A DNA stretch of 64,000 nucleotides from Felis catus (lineage: Eukaryota): NCBI RefSeq assembly GCF_018350175.1, contig NC_058368.1:49477815-49541814 (forward strand), read 5' to 3'. The position numbers were made by a program, and so were the translations under genes. Of the stretch, positions 27,246-40,120 are shown piece after piece; within the stretch, counting starts at the first letter, position 1, and every line of letters starts with the position of its first letter. The notes under the pieces were generated by a model. The model was given only the letters and a program-made list of their open reading frames with translations, was not told the DNA's origin and searched no databases.

Positions 27246-28740
27246 TGCGTTTGTATCCTGAGCAATGCCTACAATGGAAGATTCCTCCCTAGGAGGCAGC
27301 TGCCTGTCAGCATGGGCTCAAGAATTTGTGAACAGCAAAATCCAACCTGGAAACATGGTTGTGTTCATTAAGCCCACCTGCTCCTACCGCAGAAGGATCC
27401 AAGAGCTCCTTAGTCAATTGTCTTCACAGAAGGGTTTTTGGAATTTGTTGATAATCACAGCCACTAGGTACACAATCAGGATTCAAAATTATTTGAAACA
27501 GCTCACAAGAGCCAGAAAGGTACCTTGGGTCTTTATTGGTAAAGATTGTATAAGTGGATGCACTTATCTGACAGAAATGCATCACAGTGGGGAACTGTTG
27601 AAGCAGCTAAAGCAAATTAGAGGTCTACAATAAGTATAGAGCAGACCCCAGGCTGATATCCCCTATGAAAGCTGGATGGCATTGCAGATGATACCACACT
27701 TCCTGGTGGTATATGTGGGGCTAATAGCTCCAGCAACTGTTTCCTTAAAATTCTGAAATATATTCACCAAAAAAAGAGGGGTGTAATTTTTTGGGAAAAA
27801 AATAGCTTTTGCTTTTTTTGATTCAGTATTAAAACTGAGCCAACTTGCCCCAAACCACGGGTCTGAGAAGAGTGATGGACATCCTGAGATTGCTCTCGAT
27901 TGGCCCTTCAGGTTCCAAAAGACCATGACAAGTTACAGCTTAGGATTCAGTCAGGGACCCAAAAGATGTCCTCTCTTCGACACGTGTTTCTTACGAACTG
28001 TTCTCTATATGCCAGGACTCCTCTAGCTCCAAGCCAGTGTTTTTCAACAAAGTTTATCCCAGACCCTCTGGGATGAATCTATAATTGGTTTTCTGCTACT
28101 GCTTGAAAGTTATTTTGTTGAGTCTGACTTTTTGGAATTTGCATTACGAAAACAATATGTATTTTCAATATGCTTTTTCAAGCTGCATGTCTTTCCCCAG
28201 TCATCATCCCCATCCCACCCCATCCTCTCTTGAGAATCTCTGCTCTGAACCAGTGTTCTTAATCTTAACAATTGACAGATCTCATAGGAAATGTTCAACA
28301 GTTCTATGAAAGGACTTGAGGACCCAATTTGAGATATGCCACATAAGTTAAACATGTTTGGTCTTCACTTGGTGCCACAGGGATCAAGGGTGCAAGTGTA
28401 GCTGCTGTGGCACCTCTGTTATGCAAGATGGTTGTCCAGGTAATAAGTCTGTATTAACTTGCTCAGAATATGAACAGAAGTAAAATATAAAATTTAAAGT
28501 GTTATCACAGAAAACTTGCAACCGCCTCCCCAAGACTATCTCTGTGAAGTGGCCAAATTTGAGAAACACAGTCCTAAATGATTCTCTCTCTCCTTTTTCC
28601 CTCCACTCTATGAAATCTTTAGGGTCTCTTATTGTGACATTTGTTCTAGAATTGCAATATTAAGTTAATTTCCTTCTTCAGTCTCTAGTGTGAATGGTTA
28701 ATTTCTTTTCTAATAAAGAAATACCTAAAGATGAAAAAAA
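27246..28740 (+). pseudogene. GLRX: Processed glutaredoxin-1 retrocopy (5'UTR, CDS 27312-27633, long 3'UTR, polyA remnant)
   Basis: AQEFVNSKIQPG..VVFIKPTCSY...VPWVFIGKDC..GC...SGELL..LKQI.GLQ aligns along the full length of GLRX1; intronless; AATAAA at 28712-28717 then an A run; TSD-like aaaaatt(t/c)a; active site CPYC changed to CSYR; indels present. Confidence 0.93.
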
Positions 28741-28840
28741 AAATTCAGTTCCTGAGCTGCACTAGCCAAATTTCAAGGCTCAATTGTCACATGCGGCTAG
28801 TGACTATCATATTAGACAATGCAATATAGAACATTTCTTT
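28741..28840 (-). mobile_element. MER3-like hAT element, right part
   Basis: aattcagttcctgagctgcactagcc...atatagaacatttc continues the left part. Confidence 0.75.
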
Positions 28841-30139
28841 CCTAGAGCACTGATTGGTAGTAATACACAAGTACTAACCATCAAATTTACTTGATGAATT
28901 TCAAAAGTCTATTTGGAAAAATATATGAGAATCGGAAAAAATATCAAAAAAAGGGAAAAAAAAACCAGGGAATACACACTGAAGTAGTATGAAAATACAT
29001 GCAAAGCTGCTATAATGAAACAGTACTGGAGATATCAAAAGAAATAGAAAAATAGGTCAATGCACAATTTGCTAGTACAGAAATATTTCTAAATATATCT
29101 GAGAATTTAAAATTTTTTAAATATGTCACTTCAAATCACTGGTATTAGAACAATTAGATGTAAATTTTAGAGAAAATAAAATAATTATTAGCTACTTACT
29201 TTACATCAATTAAAAAAATTACTCCAGATAAGATTAAAGATCTAACTGTGTTCAAAACAGCTTAACAATCTTGACATAAAAAAGATGGCAAAGGCTTTTT
29301 AAGGAAGATAGGAAACCAGGAATAATTATAGATACAAAATAGGAAAAAATCCTGAGGTATATATAAACGTGAACCTTCAAATCAAAACGGTTTGCTGTGT
29401 AACATGCATAGCAATGAAAAGAGGCCATTATCTGGAAATGGCTTTAACATATTCTAAATTCAAAGGATAAGAAGAGAATTTTAAAAGGAATCCAAGCAGG
29501 GGAAAAAAATGGCATCCCCCTCCCAAAAAAAGCATACATTTTAGTCAAGATTCCTTTAAACAGTAACAAAAAATGACTGTATATTTAACTTCAAATTCCA
29601 AAAAGTAATAATAGTATAGGCCACTTGGACCACGATTCAATAAAGGTGGAAAAAGTTTTTAAAGTATACATCTAAAAAAACAATCAAATGTAAATGTAAG
29701 GACACAAAACCACACTGTTCTAAATAATTCCTAGGGCAAAGAAGAAATCAAAGCTCTAATTATAGACTGTTTAGAAAAGAAGGATACTAAAGAACCTTCA
29801 GCTCCTGACAAATGATGAATTAGCTTGAGCTACAGGATTCCTCTAAAAAAAATAAAGAAGTAAATAAGAATAAAAGAGGAGAGCTCAGATACAAAGAACT
29901 AATCTGCAAGAACCTCTTGCAGAGAAACAAAGATGCATCTTCTGGAATCTTCCATTTAGACAAGCTTAAGAGGAGCCTGTCTCAGATTCTTTCCTTAAAC
30001 TCACCAGAAGGTCTATAAGCTAGTGCTCTGGTTCATCACCCTTCCTTGCACATTACAGATAGTACAGTTACAGCCTCAGATGAAACTGACCTCACAGGCA
30101 AGAACAGCTAGATAATAAGAAGTATATGAAAAATTATAT

Positions 30140-30734
30140 TTTATAAAGATGCCCACACTTATATGTTCATTCATTCCCATATGTCCTTCTTACAATGTAA
30201 CTGATACTCCCCTCACCAAGAAATGTGTTCTATGTTCTTTCCTCTTGAATTTGGGCAGAGACTCATGCCTGCCTCAAACAATGGCATAGGGAAAAGTGAT
30301 CTATATGACTATATGACTATATGATCTATATGACTTCCAAAATATATTACAATTCTGCCTGATGTTCCTTCTTTTTCCTTCCCTCTCTCTCTTTGGAATG
30401 TAGCCACCATGTTGTGGAGAAACTTAAGCCAAGAAGAGAAGTCACATGTGGGTTTTCCTGTAGACAGCCCCAACCAAGATCCAGCCAACACCTGCAACCA
30501 CCACCAGAAATGTGAGACAATGCAATTCCTATCACTCCAGTCCCCAGCCTTCAAGTGTTGCGGCTGAGGCCCCAGATACCGTGGAACAGAAATAAGCCAG
30601 CCCTGCTGTATGTTGTCTGAATTTTGGAACCACAGAAACCAAGAATGACAAAAAATGATTACTGTTTTCTAAAGTCACTAAGTTTTAAGAGAATCTGTCA
30701 TAAGTTTGTTGTGCAGCAACAGATAACTAACACA
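30140..30734 (+). mobile_element. MaLR solo LTR (MLT1F-like)
   Basis: ends tttgttgtgcagcaacagataactaacaca; internal cagccccaaccaagatccagcc. Confidence 0.75.
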
Positions 30735-32369
30735 AAATATATTTGTTACAAAGAAAAGCTTTATTACATAAAGTAGGATACAAAACAAGAATAAAATTCT
30801 CAAAAAAATAGGGCAGGCTTTAGATTATATGGAACAGGCACCAGAAGTCAAAAAGAATAATCAAACAGAAATATTGGACACTAAAAATATAATACCTGAA
30901 AAACAAAATATAATAGATGAAATAAATTACAGGATCTATAAAGTCTAAGAAGGAATAAAGATATGAAAATTAAGAGAGAAGGAGAATAGAAAAAGATACC
31001 AACATATGGATAATAGAAATCCCAGAAAATGACAAAGAAAAGGATGGGAGAAAAATTCAAAGGTAATAATGATATGTTTCCCTGAATTACAGTATTGATT
31101 AAAGACCTTAAATCAAAAAATCTAGAGAATGCAAAATTTAATAGTTACAGAAAAATCTACTCTATGCATGTTATAGCAAAATTTAAAAACATCGAAGTCA
31201 TAAAGGATAATTTTTTTTTTTTTGGTTTTTGCATGTGTGTTGCTTCACTGGTTTCCTAATTAAGTTTGTGATTAGATAAATAATGCATAATATTTGGGAA
31301 GATTAGATATTACCTTCTCCAGAAATCCTTCCCTAACCAGCCCCCTCTGAGGACAGATTAAGTGTCCCTATTTTGGGATTCCATAATATCCTGCTCACAA
31401 CTCAGAAATTGTTCTTACCATGCTGTGTCTGTCCCTATCTATTAGCATGTTGAGTAGTGGTTATTAACAAGAGTGACACATCAAAACCCCAGGGGAGTTG
31501 TTTTTGTTATTGATGGTGTTTCTTCATCTACTTGTTCAGATCCCACTGCAGGGCTTCTGAACTTGAATCTTTAGGAGTGGAGTACAAGTTTTTAAAACTA
31601 CTCCAAGATTTAACCTTGGTTAAAATCATCAATACAGAGGAAAGGGACTACATATTTACCCCTGTATCCTAAGACTTACACAGTGCCTGGTAGACAGCAT
31701 AGGACCAGGAAAATGTCTGCTAAATGAACTCATGAAATTTAGATGTACATTATTTCTAACATGTATAAAATAATATTTATGATTCCAAAACCACGGCAAT
31801 TTGTTTTGCACTATGAAAATTCAATGTCATTTACTAATCCTAACATTGTATCTGAGTTATCTAATATCCTTATGCATTCTTTTGTCAGAGATCAAGTTTT
31901 ATGTTAGTATTGACATACTGTCGAGAATCTTGATTTCAAGTGAACATTTTCCTTCTAATGCTAGATACCGGGCAGCTTAAACTGAAATGTGTCATGTACC
32001 TTTGCATTCCAGATTTAGCTATGATTACATAGTGGTTTTAGTCCATCGATAGATATCTCACTTTCCCCAAGAATAATATGATGCAGGTTTCTGAGGAAAA
32101 AAAAAGGCACTGAATAAGGGATTTTACATAGAAAAGATTAAAATTCCTGACTGTATCAAGAAACCATTATCTGTTCTTAGAATTTCAAATGACAGTAGTA
32201 ACTGTTGTCATTAAATGTAGAAAACGCCATAAAACAACTGCTTATTTTCTACTACTCTTTTTAGGAAGAATCCACATATGGTCTCCACCCACAGTGATTA
32301 TTTTAGCTTTGAAACCATTAGGAAAGTCTGAACAGGCCCTTGGCAAGTTTAATACCTTATACTTGTATA

Positions 32370-32560
32370 ATGCCTTCCAATTTCCAGAGCATCTTCACTT
32401 ACATTATCTCATTTGGGCATTACAGCGACCCTATGAGGTTTACACAGCAAGTATAATTGTTTACCCTTTATAGATAAGAACTTGAGATTCCACCCTGATA
32501 AGCTATTGACTCAGAGAATCAGAGCAGAGCTGGGATGAGGATCAGAACATCTGCCTACCT
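32370..32560 (-). mobile_element. MIR SINE
   Basis: cacttacattatctcattt...ccctatgagg...tttatagataagaa. Confidence 0.65.
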
Positions 32561-33617
32561 GCATGGTGCTCTCTCCATCACTGTACAGTGCTTCCAGAAG
32601 ATTCTGCCCAAAGAAGCAATGGAATATGGGCATTTACATATTTAATTGTCCTGTACTCTCAAAGTCCACTAATGACTTATTTCAGTTGGAATTTTGGGAA
32701 GAAGTACATCCTCAATCACGTAAAATGGAGAAAGAGAATAGATAAATTACACAGTACAATATCAAGAAAGAATCTTCATATGCTGTTGTGATGTGTTTCC
32801 TATGTGTTACATGAAGAATTTTCTTCTTTTCAAAATTTAAAAACTATATGCAATTTTAAAAGCCAATTAACAGATTCAAAATCACAGCTCTGTGCAATTA
32901 GTATCAGAATTTTGGGTCAACATTTATAGGAGACGTTTGTTTGTGTGCCAGGAAGTTTGATGTTTTCTATAATTCCTGTTTAACCTTCCCTCAGTCTTAT
33001 GAGTGTATGCCATTTACATTATCCAGGCTTTCATAAGAGGTGAGTGCAGCATTCTATGCTGTGTGCCAGCAATAATCATGAAAATATGTGAAATGTGACC
33101 CCATGCCAAAACTAGGTTTCATAAAAAGTGATCTGTCCATGATTCAGTTGGCGGGCAGGGTGCACAGCTGACTGATATTTAAACTTTTAGGAAGTTAATG
33201 CCCAGAGGAAGCATATAAGGCAGATGTGGAAATTCATAGAGAAGTTCATCATAGGACATTGTGTTATGGAAATGGGAGAAAATTTTTTCCACTTCCCTAA
33301 TTCACAGGAATGTTATAGGAATGAGTGTCAACAAAACATTGAACTACCTAGATAAATACAGTTGAGCCTCCCCAAAAAAGACAAAATGTAAGTTACAGAT
33401 TCATCTAAATTCCAAATTTCTTTGTATAATCTATAAAACTGACTAGATATGCAAGAGGGACAAATTAATGACCCTTTGAGAGTTTTCCCACTTCATAACT
33501 TAGAGTTTTTAAATTTTATAAATTAAGGCTTAATTTTAATTTTAAAAATAAATTTTAATACAGAAGGAATAAACAGCTGATTCATTCTGGTTCCGTGCAC
33601 TACTTTTCCATTAGACT

Positions 33618-33812
33618 TTTAATTTTTTTTTTCTACAGAGAGAGAGAGCACAAGCCAGGGAGAGAAGCAGGAGAGAGAGAGAGAGAGAGAAAATCTCAAG
33701 CAGGCTCCATGCTCAGTGCAGAGCTCCATGTGGGGCTCCATCCCATGACGTGGGATCATGACTGATGTCAAAATCATCAGACACTCAACTGACTGAGCCG
33801 CCGAGGCGCCCC
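33618..33812 (-). mobile_element. CAN-SINE
   Basis: TSD ttttccattaga at 33604-33615 and 33816-33827. Confidence 0.88.
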
Positions 33813-36326
33813 TATTTTTCCATTAGATTTGATATTTTTCAAGCAGTCAGTAGCTCAACTGTGATGTCAGATAATATATGCCACATAGATCCTGCACCAC
33901 ATCGGTGGCCAGCAGTTCTCTATTTCCCCACCCCCATGCAGCTGAGCTCAAAGCAGAGCTCCTGTCATCCTCAACACTTCCCACTGATGCATTCTAGGAT
34001 TTTCTCCATGAGACAATAGAGCAGAACAAGAAATGCCTGAATCTCAGAAATCTGCACACTCATTTCAGCTCATACACCTGGGTCTCCATAGATTGGATCT
34101 ACACACGGAAGAGAATCAGCAGAACTTCCACATTAAACAATTTTTCTCTCCTCTTATATTCAAGATGAATCCAATAACAATATCTAGGGTTTCTACCTTA
34201 GCCAGCCGATTCTAAGCTGCACTTAGAGCTCTTTGACAAATGTACCATGGAGCTCCAGACTGAAAATGCTTTTCCCTTCCAATCTTATGATCAATGGGTT
34301 TCCACAGAATTTACATGGTATTTCAATATTGGAAATGGAATTAAAGTAGCAAGGACATATTCATTCAATATTCATTTACAGAGTATATACCAAGAGCTAG
34401 GCACTTTGCTCATATTAAGTATTTTATAGATTTACATCAATAACTTGAATTCCTTCAACCACATAATATATGTTAAATCGTACACATGCAGTTGAGGTAC
34501 AATAAAGAGTCATCATACTTAAAAGATATTGCCATTCAGAAAATGACCATCTAACTGTAAATGGTATAGCTCTTACATCATGTATTGGAAGGAAAAAAGC
34601 CAGAAGAGAATTGCTCTTTGCTCCTAGTGCTCATTCAGTCATATTTTCTCTCATCGAAGGGTTATGTAGGTATCTGACACTCTAAGTAAGTTTAAAACTT
34701 CCTGACAATTTGACATTCTAAATAAGTTTAAATTTGATATTCTAAACAAGTTTAAAACTTTATATGGAAATAAATCATCTCTAAATGCTATGATTTTAAA
34801 TTTCTCATTCTAAGATTTACCCTTTTTTACAACATGCTGCAGGATGGTAAATTATCAGAAGCCATGTCTCCTAACCATGAAGGAGTTAAAATAATGTATT
34901 TTATTATAACCAGACTGACTTAAAAGAAGATAGGCCTTCCACAGTTAAACCAAATAGAGATAAACTTGAAAAGATAGTGATGCATAAATATACAGGTTAA
35001 TAAGAAGTGAGCAAGTCTAAGATCTTGATCTATCATGCATCATCCTCCAGTATGAATGATTTCATTTGCTTTTTAAATAGATAAATACAAAAACAGCATT
35101 TTTCCCTTGGCAAGAAAGTAACTGTTTTGTATTATTTACCTAGACTGCATCTGTGTTTCTAAAAAGAACAGTAAATACATTTCTGGAGCAAGACATGTTT
35201 CTGTGATAATGTGACTAATGCTCCTTAAACACTTTGGAGATTATTAGAATGCTTTCCAGAAGCTGCTATTGAACTCAGTTGGTTTAGCAAGAACACAAGA
35301 TAAAAAGGAAAACATGTTCTCAGCATATTTTACTAAACTATTAGTAGAGAGCTGCAATTGGAAGTCCTCCAGCAGGGTAACTGCCAGAAGGTGAGGACCA
35401 GGATTCTGCCCAGGAATTCAGAGGACAATCTGGTTCCAAGCTAGTGTGAAAACTATATAGGCCCAGGATTCCTCTTTCAGGAAGGCTCTCTGAATGAACA
35501 ACTCAACTTGGGTGATGCCCTCCCCGCCACCATCCACATCCCAAATCCTGGACTTTCCGCCTGCCCTGAGAAGTTAGATTCATAATATGGTTGTTGAAGA
35601 ATTTTCTAACAGGTGTTCAGAACTTCACTGAGCAAGCACTTCACAAGAATGTTAAAGAGAAATAAAAGACCTGATAAGATTAAGTCATATGTGTTCCTTC
35701 CAAAGACAGGCCAGACCTGGGAGAATTATGGCTTAATGCAATAACCTTCTCTGATTTCTCAAACATCCTAGAACTGGGTGGTGGTGGTACCATCCAGGAT
35801 GTACTCATCCTTCTAATTCATGACAGATTAATTCAGTATCTGTTGAGCTGCTATGGTGTGACCCCATGGAGTTCATATGTTAATGCAGAGAGGTGGGGAG
35901 ACAGACAAATAAGTGACAGACTAATAAACAGCCAACAATAATTTGGGTGATGTAAAATAAGTGATATAAGTATTGCAAAGAGAGTGACAAACTGATGCCA
36001 ATTTAAATGCAGGTGGTCAGAGATCTTGCTGAAAGTGAGCCACTTAAGAGAGAAATTATATGAAGAGTCAGAAACAGATTTTGTAAGTTCTAGTCACTCA
36101 CGTCTTCAATTTTTTTGAAAGTCATCACATCGTATAACATTTTTTAAAATCTTGACATTACACACTTAGGAATTTAATTAATTTTTTTTACCAGTTTTGT
36201 TTTTAACATTACTTGGAAAAAAGTCCTCCTCCCAGATTGTCTACTTATAAGATTCTTCTAAGAACCCATATGTATTTGACCAAGTTTGCCTGCCTTGCTT
36301 CACTTTATTTAAATTTTTCTTCTAAT

Positions 36327-36693
36327 TCCAGACTTCAAGCTATATTACAAAGCTGTAGTGATCCAGGCAGTATGGTACTGGCACAAAAATAGACACAAAT
36401 TTCAATGGAACAGAACAGAAAACCCAGAAATGAACCCACAACTGTATGGTCAACTAATCTTTGACAAATCAAGAAAGAATATCCAATGGAAAAAAAACAG
36501 ACTCTTCAACAAATAGTGTTAGGAAAACTGGATGGCAGCGTGCAAAAGAAACTGGATAACTTTTTTACCATAGACAAAAATAAATTCAAAAAGGGTGAAA
36601 GACTTAAATGTGAGACATAAAAGCAGTATACATATAAGAAAATAACATTTATACACACACACATATATACATATATGTATACATATATGTATA

Positions 36694-36758
<65 letters not shown>

Positions 36759-37175
36759 GAATATTATCCATAAAAGGAATTAAATCTTGCCATTTGCAAT
36801 GACGTGGATGGAGCTACAGAGTACTGTGCTAAGCAAAATAAATAAGTCAGAGAAAGACAAATACCATATGAGTTCACTCATATGTAGAATTTAAGAAACA
36901 AAACAAACAAACATGAGGTGGGGGAAGAGAGGAAAACCAAGAAACAGACTCTTAATTGTAGAGTTACCAGACTGATGGTTGGGGGCGGGGAGGGGGCTGT
37001 GTTAAATAGGTGATGGGAATTAAGGACACTTGTGATGAGGACTGGGTGTTGTATGTAAGTTTTGAATCACTAAATTCTACACCTGAAATGAATATTACAC
37101 TGTATGTTAACTAACTGGAATGTAAATAAAAATTTGAATGCATAGATCAATTGATCGATTGATCAATAGATAGAT
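36327..37175 (+). mobile_element. 5'-truncated carnivore L1 with an internal deletion
   Basis: ORF2 piece 36327-36620, microsatellite, then 3'UTR; TSD ttttcttctaat at 36315-36326 and 37178-37189. Confidence 0.88.
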
Positions 37176-39269
37176 AATTTCTTCTAATGAGACTTCCACA
37201 GATTCTCTCTGACCCTTTTACTCAGTACTTATTGATTTATTTCCAGGATTGACTGTAATAAATATGTTTAGTTCTTTCCCCCAGACTTTTCCCCAGAGCT
37301 TTGATTACCAGAGCTTGTGACATTACAATATTGTCTCTTTAACGTTCAATTTACCCTCAAATTTAACATTTCTAAAACTAAATATATTACCCTATTCCTC
37401 CACCTTCCCTCAAAACCAAATATTTCTGCTTTATTTCATCTTTTCTGTTAAGAGTATTATGATCATCTCATTGTGACTTAGAACCTCAGTGTCATAGTTT
37501 TTTTAGAAAGAATGGGTTTTGTGTCATTTTGTTTTGTTTTTGAAGTTGCTCCATTAGAAACAACATTTAGTATTTACTTATACAGACTTAGAGGAATGCT
37601 TTAAAATAACATTCCAGAATTTTCATATCTCATTTATCAGTTGGCTAATTATTACTAGATTAAAATTATATTCACCAGGTCAGTTTCAAAAGGTGGTTGA
37701 ACAGATTCAGCCTCTTACGGCAAACACAGCTTACTCTTCTAAGAAAACAAACACAATTCTCTACAGTAAACATTTTAACAAATGTAGTTGTTTTGGTTTT
37801 TTTAAACAATCAATCTGAAGTTTATAAAACATCAAGTCTTAGAACTAGTAAAACAAACCTTTGACTGTTACAGAAAAACCCTATGCTCTTTTAAGTAAAC
37901 AGATTGACAGAAATTCAACATTAGAATGGCAAGATACAGAAGTATATTTAGCTCAAATTTTTGGATAACGTATTTAACTTCTAATTCCATATGGGCACAT
38001 ATGGCTATTACCTACTCAGTCTCTGTCAAAAAATGTATTTTTTTGATACTTGTTCAAATGGTTTAGTAGAACTTGATCAAGTTTCTATATTGATCATGGG
38101 TCTTTTTCCTCACATATTTGCTAACTAATGAAAAAGCTGTGTTCACACTACTTAAACTCAAGATGCAAACATGGATGCTTAAAAATGTCTTTATTCCTTT
38201 AACACATCCTTCCATCCATTCATATCCACACAGTTCTGATCAATATTCCGTCCCCTACCCCGAAGTCAATGCAGGATTTAAGATGCCATTTTGTTGTTTT
38301 CTTTCGACTTGTTTTTTAACCAACTAAGAAACTGTCTAAGTTTTATACATGCACAGGTCTCCAAGAAAAAATAAATTTCATAAAACTTGAATGTTAAATG
38401 TTACTGTGGAAGAATATGATGTTAATCAACATTTCAAGAAGTCTGAAGAATACACTTCTGAATCTGTTTAACATCATTCTAAGTTGTTGGACAATAGCAC
38501 TCTTTTTTTTTTTCCAAACAGCATCTTTAAAATATCAAAGAACAACAGTCCTATAGAAAACCCTTTCACTGAAGGCTGGATTGTTTTACCTTTTTATTCT
38601 TCCTTCCCAGAATCACTCCTCCAATGCCTTCTGACCATGGCCAACTCCCCTCTCTCATCCCAGAAATGCACCCCTTATCTAGTTCCCTTATTTCAAGATG
38701 TTTGGCAGCACTCCACAGTAGCCAATGCTTTGTGCAAATCTAAGAAAAGAGAATGGAGAAAAACAGAGTACCCTAATATCAGAGGCATGATATTCCTGGA
38801 GAACCAAAGACATCATGGTATTCTTCATGTAACAAATTTCATGGGTATGATACTTCTGTCATCTTGAGGGCAAAATTATATTCATCTTACAAATTTAAGT
38901 GTTTGTTATTTCAGACTCTAAAATGTTTATTCAATGAGTGATAAGAGTATAATGTTAATTGCTGATCTGTTCCTAATTAGGTGCTATACAAACTAGGTTA
39001 TGAATATTGCTCTTGCCTTTTAAAAGCTTAAAATCTGAGACAGAGAAAAACATAGGCTTTACAGAAAAGTGTAAGCACCCACCAATCAACTGAATTCACA
39101 ACATTTTAACACACAAATACTTTGCACCAAAGAATGCAGGCATAATAAAGCATAAATAGGCTATCATTGAACTCATGGAGCTAAAAATTCTAATAAAGAG
39201 AAAGTTCTTAAAAGGTAGCAGAGGCATAAAATATATCATAAGAGAAGCAGATAATATAATGCAGAACAT

Positions 39270-39750
39270 GGCAGACAGATTATAAGGAGGTGTCCATGAT
39301 TCTTAAGATGTTCATGCCTTTCTGTAATTCCTTCCCCTTGAAAGTGGGCAAGACCTGTGACTTGATTCCAACTAGCAGAAAGTGGCAAAGGTGATTCGAT
39401 ATGCACAATTAAGTGTCCATGATTACCTAGGAGCATACAGTCCATCTTACTGGAGTCCCTCTCTCTCCATTGCTGGCTTCAAAGAAGCCACCAAACCTGC
39501 AGTGGCAAAGAAAGGAATTCTTCCAACAACCTGAGGGAGCTTAGAAACAGATGCCCTCCCACTTAAGCTTCTAGATGAGAACCCAATCCAGACAGGCTGA
39601 CACCTTGATTACAGCTTTATGAGAGCCTAAGCAAAGGACCAGGTAAGCTGTGCCAGAGTTCCTTCCCCACAGAAACTGTAAAATAATATTTACACGTTGT
39701 TTTAAGCCACTAAGTTTGGGCTACTTTGTTATGCAAAAGATAGCCTATAC
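39270..39750 (+). mobile_element. MaLR solo LTR (MLT1E-like)
   Basis: ttccaacaacctgagggagctt...gacaccttgattacagc...tttaagccactaagttt. Confidence 0.78.
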
Positions 39751-39899
39751 GCAGAGGCTCAAATGAAAGAATATCAGATTGTAAGCAACCAGAAAATTTT
39801 CATTGAGGAAGTAGCATTTTTACAGATGTTATGGATATTAAGGAATGATTATGATTTGAACACTTACAGATTAAGGCAACAAATGTCTCTCTCTCTCTC

Positions 39900-40102
39900 T
39901 TTTTTTAATGTTTATTTATTTTTGAGAGAGAGAAAGCACAAGCAGAGGAGGGGTAGAGACAGAGGGAGACACAGAACCTGGAGCAGGCTCCAGGTTCCAA
40001 GCTGTCAGCACAGAGTCCAACGCGGGGCTTGAACCCATGAACCGTGAGATCATGACTTGAGCTAAAGTCGGATGCTTAGCCGACTGAGCCACCCAGGCCC
40101 CC
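39900..40102 (-). mobile_element. CAN-SINE
   Basis: TSD caacaaatgtctc at 39877 and 40103. Confidence 0.92.
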
Positions 40103-40120
40103 CAACAAATGTCTCCCTCT

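Noticed and set aside
38484..38867. 127-aa ORF in apparently unique DNA
   Set aside because: Non-ATG (TTG) start, no recognisable homology or convincing splice context.
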